Assembly (NCBI GenBank): GCA_002269645.1
Contig: NIVC01004222.1
Span: forward strand, 1 to 54,222
Direction of reading: 5' to 3'
Length of the DNA stretch: 54,222 nt
DNA from: Macrostomum lignano
Taxonomy: Eukaryota
Part shown: positions 1 through 11,695 of the stretch, in pieces
Numbering within the stretch: the stretch's first letter is position 1
Layout of the letters: each line of letters begins with the position of its first letter
Translations under genes and position numbers: made by a program
The notes under the pieces: model-generated
Seen by the model: the letters and a program-made list of their open reading frames with translations, nothing else
The model's database searches: none
What the model was told of the DNA's origin: nothing

Positions 1-203
1 TTATCAATGTACATTATGAGATTAATATAATTAACATTTGCCAAACCGCCCAGTCTGAAACTTGTCAAAATGCCAAATATTGCAGGTCATGTTATATGTA
101 CAACTCATTGCTGATCAAGCAGGCTCTCAGGGAATGAGAATGTCATGTTGGGGAAGTCAGTGATTCGATGTTGGGGGATGAGAGCAGGTCCCGGACAGGC
201 CGG

Positions 204-3200
204 TCAGCTGGCCGACCCGCCGGCCTCGTCAGGATGCGCGGAGGCAGCGGCGGCCTCCTTGCAGAACTCGGCCAGCACGGAGTCCAGGCTGAACTTGGAC
301 CGTACTGGGCGAAAGAAGTAGCGCACGTGCTGCTCATTCTTGGTGCCCACCAGCTGGGCGATGGCGCGAAAGTCTTTGCCGTATCGGCGGACGCCCTGCA
401 CAGCCAGCAGCAGCTCGTCTCGGTCCACTTGCACGAGATCGGCGCCTCCGTGCGCGGCTCCTGGCGTTGAGAGTTGGGGCGATGAGGTGTACGCAACCAA
501 CACTACTGCTGGTTCGTAGTGCAGAGCTGGAATTACTCGCGATTGGCTTGAATGACTGAATTTGATGTTAAATTTTATACGAGGGGTGTCCAAAAGTAGT
601 GATACTTTTAACCGAAGCTCTCGTTCTATAGCTTCCTGTGATTTAAAATTTTATGAACTGATAGCGGCAAATCTCTTCTACAGACTGCTTTTTGAATTTT
701 TAAAATTGATACCAGAGAACAAAAGTTATACCCATGAAAGTAACAGTACCTGTACCATAGAGTTACATAAATTATAGCTGAGCTTCACGAGATCCATGCC
801 GAGGAAGCTTCGATGAATTGTTGATTTCGGCTTGTCCAACCTGTCAGCGATCTCTCTAATGGTCAAGAAGATCCAGAATGGAGTCCGCCAGTACATCAGG
901 TCGATGAACGTATGGCCGCCCCGTCCAATGCTGATCTGCCAAGTCAGTCCTTCCCTCGCTGAACTGCTCCATCCATCAATAAACTGTCATTTTGCTGACC
1001 GCAGAGGATCCGTGCGCAGAGCAAAGTTTTGCGTGAATTTCTGAGGCACCATGGCTAGCGCCCAAGAGTGAAGATGGTACTTTGCTGAGCAACAACTGAG
1101 TGCACATTCATGTGTGTTGTTGAGTATGGGCAATGAAATCATGAACGAATCGCAAAATGCAAGCTCCTCTGTTTGCAAGTAAAGTAATGCATTTAATGCT
1201 TCATTTTTTGCGCCTGATCCCGTCCATAGATAAATTTCAGTCAGTCACAGTGAGCATCATTTTGCAATTGGGCTTTGGTATTGCTTAAACAAGACATTTA
1301 TCGATGCCTTCTTAATGAATGAGTGCAGAAGTCGACTATTATAAATGTCGATATAATTTGTGTAACTCTATGGTACAGGTACTGTTACTTTCGTGGTATA
1401 ACTTTTGTTCTCTGGTATCAATTTTAAAAATTCAAAAAGCAGTCTGTAGAAGAGATTTGCCGCTATCAGTTCATAAAATTTAAATCACAGGAAGCTACAG
1501 AACGAGAGCTACGGTTAAAAGTATCACTACTTTTTGGACACCCCTCGTAGAATCCCTTTGAGATTTCCTAGAACCGCTTTCAGATTTCTAAGAATCCCTT
1601 TAAGATTTCCTAGAATTGATCGGATTTCCTAGAATCGCTTTCAGATTTCCTAGAACCGCTTTCAGATTTCTAAGAATCCCTTTGAGATTTCCTAGAATTG
1701 ATCGGATTTCCTAGAATCGCTTTCAGATTTCCTAGAATCGCTTTCGGATTTCCTATAATCGCTTTCGGATTTCCTAAAATCGCTTACGGATTTCCTAAAA
1801 TCGCTTTCAGATTTCCTATAATCGCTTTCAGATTTCCTAGAATCGCTTTCGGATTTCCTAGAATCGCTTTCGGATTTACTAGAATCGCTGTCATATTTCC
1901 TAGAATCACTCTCCGATCTCGTTAATTTCATTATTATATTTCATTTTATTGCATTTTGCTAGAATCTTCAAGACGCACAATGCGAGAATCAATTTTGATT
2001 TTATTGGCCTACTGCAAGTATACAACCAGACTTTACAGTTCTGACAACCGAAAAACCGGCAAGCCGGCACAGCAAAATAAATTCTTTCGCACCTGAAACG
2101 CCTCAGCCTCAGCGACTAGGCTGCTCCAACGCTGGGCGAGCTCGGCTCGATTGCGCTGCACCTGCGTGCGCGCCGTCACCAGCCGGTTGTCAAGGGCCGT
2201 CACAATCGCCTCGTTCTGCGAGCCGGGAGGCCGGGAGCCATGGAGATCATTTTAAAATTTGGTTAGTATGTCAATGCTGCCAGCATACTACTGACGGTAG
2301 CTTACAGTGGGTGCTGTAGATAATTCTAACAAACTACTGACAGTAGCTAACAGTGGGTGCTGCAGATAATTCCAACAAACTACTGACAGTAGCTTACAGT
2401 GGGTGCTGCAGATGATTCCAGCATACTACTGACAGTAGCTTACAGTGGGTGCTGCAGATGATTCCAGCATACTACTGACAGTAGCTTACAGTGGGTGCTG
2501 CAGATGATTCCAGCATACTACTGACAGTAGGCAAGGCTCACCTCGGCCAGACTCTGCTGCGACATGGTCAGCAGGGCTTCATAGTCCAGGAAAATGGCGT
2601 GCGGAATGCGCCGCCTCCGAGTCGGGCGATGAGGCGCCCGAGGCTGGGCGGCCTTGGGCGGAGACGAGCGCCGCCGCTGCTGGGACGGCGGCTGCTTCGC
2701 CCGAACTCGGCCGCAGCCGGGCGGCAGTCGGGGCAGCTCCGAGTCGGACAGGCTCGACTCCGAGTCGCTGTCGCCTCCCCGGCCGCCGACGCGCCTTCTC
2801 CGCGGCTGGCGCGCCGCTTGTCCAGCGCTGTGGACTTGGAGCGCGACTTCTTCCACTGGTAATAGTACTTGACCAGGTGCGGCACCGACTTGTCCGGCAG
2901 GGCGTGCGCGATCTTGCTGAACTGCTTGCCCTGCCGGCGGCGGGGTCGGGCAATAAGGGGTCAATTGGGGTCATGGTTTCTCTGATGATCTCTATTGAGG
3001 TCAGGTGGGGTCAAGAGCCCAAGCCTGGGGCTTCGGTTTCTCTGATGATCTCTATTGAGGTCAGGTGGGGTCAAGAGCTCAAGCCTGGGGCTTCGGTTTC
3101 TCTGATGATCTCTATTGAGGTCAGGTGGGGTCAAGAGATCAAGTAAAGTGTTGGGGTTTCGGCTTCAACAATTATCGCAGAGATGGCTTATCTTAAGGAG

Positions 3201-6200
3201 CACAAAGCACTAACTTATAGTCTCTGGGATATATTCGAAATCCCCGTGTTGAAGCAAACCTGAAAATTGAAAGCCTGCTCAAACACCAGCTTCTCCTCGT
3301 GAGTCCACTCGTCGGGGAATGGAACAAAGTTGGGCAGATCGGCGGTGGCCAGCTCGATGTTGTGCTTGTGCCAGTAGAGCATGGCCAGCGCCTGCTCAGC
3401 TGAGTAGCCGTAGCGATCTCTGGCGAGGTCAACGAATGCCGTCAGCTGCGCCTCCGTGGCTGCAGAGCTCGGTGGCGGCGACCAAACGCAGAAAGCGCCG
3501 TCTGGGGAGTCGCAGCGGCTGCCTGGTTGGCCAAGGAGTGCAGGTGGCGTCGCCTGGTAGTCCCTGCCGACCCGCATCTTGGCATCTGGTGTGGAAGGGA
3601 GCGGTGGTGGGAGCTGAGGCCAGGTAATAGGTGATGGCATGGGCTGGGGCCAGGTAATAGGTGATGGCATGGGGCTGAGGCCAGGTAATAGGTGATGGCT
3701 TTAGGGCTGCAGACAGATCTTTTATGCTACAGTCATTATCTTTTTGTCTATGGCACAAGATGCTGCTAGATTGTAAAGTGGAAAAAATATATATTGAGAC
3801 ATTTTAGTACTTTATTATATACAAGGTGATGTTAATATTCTGAGCTAGACAAAATATTTTAATCTAGGAACTTGAAAAACTACTTATATTACACATAGAC
3901 TATATCTAAGGAAAAAGCATAAAAACAGTATAAATTGTATAAACAGTATAAACAGTATAAACAGTATAACTTTGTTATACATTTGTTAAGTTGGTATCAA
4001 TCTTAGAAAAACAAGGTATCAATTTGATATCAATGGTCCAAATCTAAGATGCCAAAATCCAAAACCCATAGGCCTAGTAGTATATTGGCCTCAGCCCTTA
4101 GGTGCCTAGCTTAAGTTGGGAACCAATTAATTCGGCGACAGGTTGACTTGGCAATAGTCAATTTGGCGACAAGTCAATTTGGCAACATGCTTTTTGTCAG
4201 TTTTGAATGTCAAATGTACTTGAGTAAAGCAAATGTTGAGATACAAATACAAGAATGTCTCTCTTGGAAAGCTGCCAGCAAAATGCTGAGGCGGGCAATT
4301 GGAAGCAACATTTTAGCAATTTTTTTTCTTGACAATCAAGGTGTGGGATAACTAGACAAATGTTAAAACATATCTGAATAAATAATTATCACCTCTAGGA
4401 ATGGACTACATATAAATACAAGTTGCCTTATTGGTTGTCCTTGAACTTTTGGTACTTTGTTTTGATATACCTACGTGACCTAACTAACACTGTAAAAATT
4501 ATGATATTAACCTTCAATGGTATATGTGTATAATAAATATAATATATATTAATAATCCTAAATAATCATCATAGTATAAGTCTAGAATATTAGGTTAGTT
4601 GGGAAAATGGTATACATGGCACTATGCCCCCTAGCATATGCCAGGCCAGTGCCTTTGTCTGTGGAAAGAATAATTAAATATTAGAATTTTTTTAAATGTT
4701 TTGATTAAAAGTTTTTCTATAATTTGAATGCAAGGGGCCAATGATAATATATAGATATTTAAAATTCAACAAGTTGTAATAGCTTAATTCTTTAGCCTTT
4801 AGCATTCGCCAAATTGGCTGTTGCCAAACTGACTTGTCATTGAATCAGTTGTTGCCAAATTGGCTTATTGCTGAATTGACTGGAAGCCCCTAGGTCCATA
4901 GTCTGGATCATGCTGGATGCATGCCCAAATAAAAATTGAATAGTTACAAATGCATGCCAAAAAAAATTTTGTGTATGCCACCATTTTTCAAAAAAATATG
5001 CCAGTGTTGTGACAATAAATGACCTTTTTTACATTTTAACAATAAATTATCTTCTTTTAATTGTGTAATAGACCCCTACTAACAGATAATTTAGTTGATT
5101 TTTATGCTTTTTTGGTGATATTATTCATAGCAGAAAATAAATTACATGCAAAGATTTGTTGAAATGCTTATTTACCCACACTCAGGAAGGTGTACATTAT
5201 GGCGGAAAATTCCAGCGCACATCAACGAAAAATATGCGCGAAGTGGCACACACAGTGCACAACAAAGGCTTAGCAGAAGTTTTTAGCACACAGTGGCACA
5301 TAGCAAAACCTGATCAGAAAAATTTAGCTCACATTGGGTCACCTAAATGTATAATCTACACATGCAGTGCATAAAATATGCTTTAAGATTATGATTTTTC
5401 CAAGCATATCAATAAAAAAATTGTTTCTTGGTAAGTAAAACGAATAATAAAATTCAAAATTGGATTTTAAGGTAAAGTTAGAGCTATTTCTTTTGAAAAT
5501 TCTCTACATAAGCTAAAATAAAGCAAAAGTTTTAAGTTGAAAAAAAGCCTACATAATATACGAAAATTTATCCATTTTTTTAGTTTTGTTTTAATTGGAC
5601 TTTTACCGAGTTTTTAGTGCTACAGCGCATTAGTACTCTAGCTATGTATTTGTCAATAAACGAATGTAGACCTTGGCACAAAAATTCATATTTTAGCTTC
5701 GCGCACAGTGCATACTCCAAAAATATGCTAAAATATATTCCCGCGCACAAGTGACACCTTCCTAAGTGTGGTTATTTACAAGCTTGAAAAAACCGGAAAG
5801 TTTGAAATTTATGCTTGAAATGTAACTTTTTTTTCAGTTTTTTCTACTTCCTAATAACTTTTACATGTGACAATTTTCTGGGCATATACTACATGATCCG
5901 GAGTGTGGCCCTAGGTTAACATACTTTAATTTGTCTCATTATATATCATATAAGTTCTTTGTTTTTTGTTTATATTTGTAGCACATTTGCCAAAAGTATA
6001 AAAATCTTAATAAGGTCCACATAAACATGACAATAGGCCTATAGCCAAGTATGAAATGTTTTTAAAATAAATAATATAATTAAATTACAAAGTAGCTCTA
6101 AGCTATTTAAATTAACTTTACAACATACCTATGGTAAAATAAAAATAGCTCACCTGCATATGCCCCTCTTTGAATTATTTCGTCGGAATCAGAATCATCA

Positions 6201-6379
6201 GATGTTGAAAAGGTGGGTGTGTTGCTCATGTAAACATCAAGCGAGGCTTTTGGATCTTTAAAGACATCTTCAGACAATTTGCCACGCAAATAGTTCACTT
6301 TATGACTATGTGGAAACAGTGAGCTAGAATTCGATGCAGACCTAACACTATCCTTGTCTTTTTCAGAACATAGATTCAT
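204..6379 (-). CDS. RCOR: REST corepressor (CoREST/RCOR family; ELM2-SANT-linker-SANT), 5 exons
   Basis: Predicted exons: 6379-6154, 3585-3260, 2930-2542, 2215-2093, 460-204; all GT-AG with compatible phases. Translation gives ...SDDSDSDEIIQRGAYA-D-AKMRVGRDYQA (ELM2), EQALAMLYWHKHNIELATADLPNFVPFPDEWT..EQAF..GKQFSKIAHALPDKSVPHLVKYYYQWKK (SANT1), linker LDNRLVTARTQVQ, and KWT.DELLLAVQGVRRYGKDFRAIAQLVGTK (SANT2). It needs single-base frameshift corrections near 421 and within the 2930-2542 exon. Exon 1 is the least certain. Confidence 0.88.
580..1547 (-). mobile_element. Non-autonomous mariner (Tc1/mariner) element with ~197-bp TIRs and TA target site
   Basis: TA at 578-579 and 1548-1549. Inverted repeats 580-776 and 1352-1547 begin CGAGGGGTGTCCAAAA. 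The minus strand about 1060-777 encodes a disabled mariner DNA-binding region: HGASEIHAKLCSAHGSSAVSKMTVY*WMEQFSEGRTDLADQHWTGRP...(frameshift)TIREIADRLDKPKSTIHRSFLGMDLVKLS. Confidence 0.9.
1550..1915. repeat. 21-bp minisatellite (TCAGATTTCCTAGAATCGCTT) in RCOR intron 4
   Basis: Tandem degenerate copies are directly visible and abut the mariner TA site. Confidence 0.9.
2283..2528. repeat. 46-bp minisatellite in RCOR intron 3
   Basis: About 5 copies of TACTACTGACAGTAGCTTACAGTGGGTGCTGCAGATGATTCCAGCA. Confidence 0.9.
2972..3141. repeat. 60-bp tandem repeat in RCOR intron 2
   Basis: About 3 copies; consecutive 60-nt sequence lines are nearly identical. Confidence 0.9.
3614..3700. repeat. ~28-bp tandem repeat near the RCOR intron 1 acceptor
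   Basis: 3 copies of GGCCAGGTAATAGGTGATGGCATGGGCT. Confidence 0.85.
4118..4890. mobile_element. Putative MITE with subterminal inverted repeats
   Basis: Repeated AGTCAATTTGGC(G/A)AC motifs at about 4130-4190 are mirrored by GTTGCCAAA(C/T)TG motifs at about 4805-4885. No clear TSD. Confidence 0.4.
5176..5771. mobile_element. Non-autonomous DNA transposon (MITE), 596 bp, 8-bp TSD
   Basis: TIR CCACACTCAGGAAGGTGT / ACACCTTCCTAAGTGTGG (1 mismatch). Direct repeat TTATTTAC at 5168-5175 and 5772-5779. Internal GCACA(C/A)AGTG subrepeats lie near both ends. Confidence 0.75.
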
Positions 6380-6879
6380 TCTTTTTTAGCTTCTATATAT
6401 AACTCTAGTCTAGTAGACGGCTAGCTAGGCCCTATTTCGTTTGCAAATATGAATCTGATAGTAGTGATAGAGATATACAAATATTGATAAAACAGCTGAA
6501 ATTTAAAAAGCAAGAAATGTGCCCAGCATAGCAGTGGTTATACACAAGTTCTATTTTTCGATGTAGCTCTTTACTTAAAAAAAGATAATTTGAGACTTGC
6601 AGCACTTGCACTTACTGCCCAATCAGTTGGTTTCTATGAACGCTTTGTTTTCTATGAATATTGTTTTCAAAATAATAATATTCAACTGAATGCTGAAAAC
6701 CCAGTAAAACAATTGTTTTTATTATTTTTTGGGTGTTAAACATGAAAAATTTAAAAATTAGTTAATACAGTAAATATGTTTGCGTTAGTGCTTTGTAGAA
6801 CTAACTGAACATGATAAATAGGTCTAGGGATGATTTTGTTAAATTTGGATTCTCAGTCGATCTCGATCGGTTAATCCTA

Positions 6880-7152
6880 TAGGGCCTTTTCATATTGCTT
6901 GCTCTGGTTCCAGAACCAGAACCAATTTTTGAAGTATAACTTTTTGTCTCCATAACTAGAGGGAGATACGTGCTATAAAGTTTTTATTATTGATTGACAA
7001 TCGTCAAGAAGAAAGTGAAAAATTGTGCTAAGTTAGGTTGTTAAGGCAGTCAAATATTAACAGAGTTTAATAGTTACGAGCGTATACTGCTGTTTTTCTT
7101 GGAATTCCGAACCGATTCTGGTTCTGGAATTGGTAATATGAAAAGGCCCCTA
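6880..7152. mobile_element. Short MITE (~270 bp)
   Basis: Inverted termini TAGGGCCTTTTCATATT / AATATGAAAAGGCCCCTA plus inner inverted TTCCAGAACCAGAA / TTCTGGTTCTGGAA. Confidence 0.6.
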
Positions 7153-7357
7153 GTCATTTCGTCATCTGCCATTTCATCATCTGGGTGTCTGGGGTGCTCA
7201 CCTCGACTATGGTCACTTCGTCATCTTAATTAGCATGCATGCACTACCTAAAGAGAGTCATTTTATCATCCACCAATCATATTATTTCCAACTTCAATTG
7301 AATTAACGTGGCAATCCAACATATTTACTTGGAATCCAAATGATCCCAGTCCTTTTG

Positions 7358-7660
7358 GGTAATGGCTAGAGTTCCGGCACCGGAACCCGTTTTCTAACAG
7401 CTAGGGATCCGGCAGTGCCATATAGAAGCATATAAAGACTGCTAAAAACATATCTTAAGAAGTCTGAATAGGCCTATTAGAAGCATCTCATCCCAAATCT
7501 TATCATATCGTCTTAAATTTTAATCTAGAACAAAATCTCAATATCAGCCACCTGTAGAAAGAAAAATATAATGTTCCATCTATATTATAATGACACTGCT
7601 GGATCCGTAGCCATTAGGGCCTAGAAAATGGGTTCCGGTGCCAGAACTCTAGCCATTGCC
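7358..7660. mobile_element. Short MITE/foldback (~300 bp)
   Basis: About 38-bp inverted repeat GGTAATGGCTAGAGTTCCGGCACCGGAACCCGTTTTCTA vs TAGAAAATGGGTTCCGGTGCCAGAACTCTAGCCATTGCC. No TSD recognised. Confidence 0.55.
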
Positions 7661-10600
7661 ATGATTTTGTCATCTCGATTGATAAAACCTGTCAATCAAT
7701 TGCCAATTGGTTCTGCTTGCTGCAGCTTTAGGCCTATAGGCCTAGTTAATAAAAACAAAATATTGTGGTTTAGGCCCTACACTAACTCAAATCTCACATA
7801 GATTAATTGGTTAATGAAGAAGTATCCAGCATAACTAAATATTTGGTAACTTTGTCATATTATTTTTCAAGCTACTTTGCTTCTGGTCACTTCGTTATCC
7901 GATATGACGAAATGGAATATGACGATCTGACCAGTAACCAGTCAATCAGCAGCAGAAATATTAGGCCTTATCAAAATAAAATCAACCCTGCAGACTATAA
8001 GAGAAGAAAATAGGTAGATTTTTTATTAGTAAAACTTGTAAATAATTTTTTCCAAGCTTTTAAGCTTTAAATAACTGAGTAATTATGAGAAACAATAGCC
8101 GTGGCCTGTGTCTTAGTGAGTCTATAATGTTATGCTTATAGCTTAGCTTATAGGCAGGTACTATACATTTTGGTTGCAAGTCATTTTTATAACAGACGTT
8201 TCAGTGACAAATAGTTGTTTTGGTGACAAATTGCTTTTATGATAGATATACTTCATTTTTTCTATTTTTTCTTGTTAGGCCTATACTAAAATGACCTTTG
8301 ATTGTTACCAAAATGACTGTAATCCTTATAGGCACGTTTGTTATGTAAGCACAATAATAATGATGACATAGCTACTGGCTATGTATAGACTTCTGTAGGG
8401 CTGTCTTGGGGGACATAGTGGGAAGGCGCGAACACCCATTCCACTACTGCACAGACTTCATTGAAATAGCCGCTGTCTCTAGCATGAGCCACATTCAATA
8501 TTGTATGGCCTATATCCATAGCCACCATGTGACCCATGACTATAAGCTTAAATATTATAGGCCTAGACATGGCAGCCTAGCTATGTTAGAACTAATTAGC
8601 ATTATTAAATATATGCCCACCATTTCTATATATAAGTTTTTGTATTATAGACACAATTGCCATGTTTCTAAGTATGGCATTTAGATAACTGGTTATTCAT
8701 TTTGCTTTTGCCTTTGGTCCTTTGCTTACTTATGGATAGACCAGTTTGGTTGTGTGAATTGCCAATGCCTAGGCAGCAGTTAGGGCTATTAAATTATTAA
8801 TATATACATACTCTATATACTCTTTGTACTCTTTGCAATGTCTATATGTCTTAGTGCAAGGTGCTAGAATTAGCAAACTTTTTTTAGAACAGGCTTAATT
8901 GGAAGACTGGGCTAAAGTGGCAGGCCAGAATAAAAATATGTAACAAATTAAGGCTATAAATGACAATTTTAAATGATTGGACCAAATATAACCAACAACT
9001 CCTATCCCCTACCCCACAGTTAAAACTAATATAAAAAGTGATATAGGTTATAAAGAAAGCTGATTTTACTTTTAAAGTTGAATATTTTAATATAAAATTG
9101 ATTTATAGGCCTCTTTTACATTGTTTGATTAGCAAGGCCCAATGCCAAAGCAATCACAATTGCAACCGCAAGCAAATGCAAAGTGGTATGCAGATTAATC
9201 TAATGAATTTTGGTGCTAAAAAGTCATTTTTTACCTGAAAAGAACATTAAATGGTGTTGAAACTCAAGAAATATGTTAAATTAACTATATGGAACACTGT
9301 GCATTGGTTTCAGTGCAAATTCCTTACATTTCCAGTTTAAATAGCCCCAGAACTAACATAAGAGTAAAAAAATCAAGTTTTCAGTTTTTTATTGATAATG
9401 TTTTACCCAATGAACCAAATCTCTAGAAATTGCACACAAATATGCCTCGTTTTGTGGGAAATCAGCTGTCATAAAAATAATGCTGTCCTATTGCGTTTTT
9501 GCCTGATTTCAAGCAAAATATTAAAAAGTCACTACTTTGATCAATTTCCAATCACTTTTGACACATGAGCATTTGGTGCAGCCACTCAAAAACTTGGTCA
9601 ATTTTAGCCAGACATTAGTACAACTTGCTGCAGCATCTGCCTTTGATCTACCATTCTTTTAAAGTTTTAGTCATCTATTTTTTGGGCATCTAATTAGCCA
9701 AAAATCACAAATTATTGATTTCTGATCAATTTTTAAACCTGAAAGCAACAAAATTAGACAGTGGCAACTTAAACCAATATAGTACAGCAACTATGCTATA
9801 GAAAATCAAAATTTGTTTATGTACACCATGTTTTCAAAATTATAATGAGCAATAGTGCAAAAGTTGTGTGATTTTTTTAAAAAGCAATTTTGTTGATTTT
9901 CTTAGCACTGCAGAATCGTAGGAAAACAAAACTTTAGACACTTGTAGATTTTTGCATTGCACATCCAATTGCACTAATTTGAATCCCAAACTCAAAAAGC
10001 TTTCTAGGAAAAAGTTGCAAAATAATAAAATGAGGGTCATTTTTACACAAAAAACAAAACTGCATAAAGATGCCAAAATAAATTAAAGTGCCATATACCA
10101 TTTTGTAGGAAATTTAGTTCGACAACTTTGATCTGTAGATGTCAAAGCCGTATCTTATAAAGTGTACTAGAATTTTGAAATCCCCTAGAAGCACTTTTGA
10201 AAAAAATTGTCTTTCTAGTTAATTTACAGCTTAGAATAAAAATCTCTGCACTTAAAAGTATATTCATTCAATAGATTTAAAAGTTTTCTATCAATCAACA
10301 CCTCACTTAACTCAATTTAGTGCAGGTTGCAAAACAAGAGCTCTTTTTTGGCAAAAAAATGTGAAATTTCAAAATGCATTGCAATCTAACTTATTTACTT
10401 GTAAATACTTTCTAGCCCATGTTGGCCTTTGGCTGCCATGGGTAGAAATTATTCACTTGCCCTCGGCCCCTAGCTCTTGCTTGATGGCATCTTTGGCGGC
10501 GCTGGGCTTGGCTCATTCACTGGTGGAACTAGAAAAGCCTAAGATAGAAAATAGACTAGGCCTATAATTTGCCTAGCCTAGGATACCATGTTAAATATCA

Positions 10601-11235
10601 ACTAGAAAAATATTAATTTATTATTTATCCCTTGCATAGCCAAAAAATAGCCCCTAGTGCTAAAGCCTCTGGTGCAAAAGCCCATTGTGCTAAAGCCCCT
10701 TGTGTTGAAGCCCCTTGTATTCATTTAAAATTTAATTAGTAATAATATTATTAAATTAGTACTAATATTTTTATGATACTTGGCCTAATATATGACCAAT
10801 AATTATTTTGATGCATTTTGAAGGTTGTATATCACTGATTTGTCCAAAAACTTTTGTTAGAAGGTCATTATGTATAGCTTTGATTGCCTAGCTAATGCTA
10901 ATACCTATTTTATTAAAGATTTAAATGTCTTACCTAAAAACAAATTGATCTAGTCTAATTCCAAGTAGGATTAGAATCCATAGTTATAAATCATAGTCTA
11001 GAAGGTGGCCTTTATGCCAGAAAATAATGGTTAAATATAGATTGTAAATGTAAGCATTGGAGTTGGCTTAAATGTCTATTGCAAAGAAATGACACATTTT
11101 AACTTATATGTTTTAACTGCAGTTTGTATAATATACTTGAAGAGTTTTTGACTATTTTAAGGATTGTATTAATAATAACAGGGGTAACACTAGTGATATA
11201 TATAAGGGGTCTATCAACTTAAGCTTATATGCCTA

Positions 11236-11595
11236 TTTTTTTTATTAGAGGCAGGGGGGCTGTGTGCACCCTGGCGCACTTGAAGCGACATAGGCACACA
11301 ACCAGTGAGAGGCATTGCTGCCCATTCCGCCGACTCCCCTGAGCAGGCATAAAAGCGCGTGGATACATACTCAGGCACACACACAGGAGTGTACAGCGGC
11401 CCTAACTTTATATTATTGTTAGGCATGTACACTTCACTGCGCCTTGGGGGGTTGGCTCTCAAGGCCGTTAATTGCACGAGCAGAGCCAAGCCGAGATTCC
11501 AATTCAGCCCCAAATTAATGTGACTGCACTTGGAATCGAGCCTGGGTCGCTGGCACACCAGAGCAGCTGCGCTACGGCTGGGCTACAGCCCCCCT
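11236..11595 (-). mobile_element. Full-length tRNA-derived SINE (family 1)
   Basis: The minus-strand head GGGGGCTGTAGCCCAGCCGTAGCG...GGCTCGATTCC has A- and B-box-like motifs. The 3' end is CTCTAATAAAAAAAA. A 13-bp TSD GCTTATATGCCTA lies at 11223-11235 and 11596-11608. A second copy is at about 49810-50141. Confidence 0.85.
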
Positions 11596-11695
11596 GCTTA
11601 TATGCCTAGGATACTTAAAAAATTATTGATGCCTTATTTTGCAGGTTAATTTAAACTTAGTTCTAATAAATTAAGCCATTGCAATAGCATTTCTC

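Noticed and set aside
1692-1931. SESDSRK repeat ORF on the RCOR sense strand as an extra exon
   Set aside because: The flanking exons already join in frame to give a normal linker-SANT2, and no convincing splice sites bracket it.
2972-3141. Hammerhead in the 60-bp repeat (CTGATGA + hairpin)
   Set aside because: The hairpin is followed by TCAG rather than GAAA, so it is a simple stem-loop.
9200-10350. Possible DNA-transposon body in AT-rich intergenic DNA
   Set aside because: Matching TIRs or a TSD could not be identified.
11520-11595. tRNA gene
   Set aside because: No complete cloverleaf; it continues into a multi-copy SINE body with A-tail and TSD.
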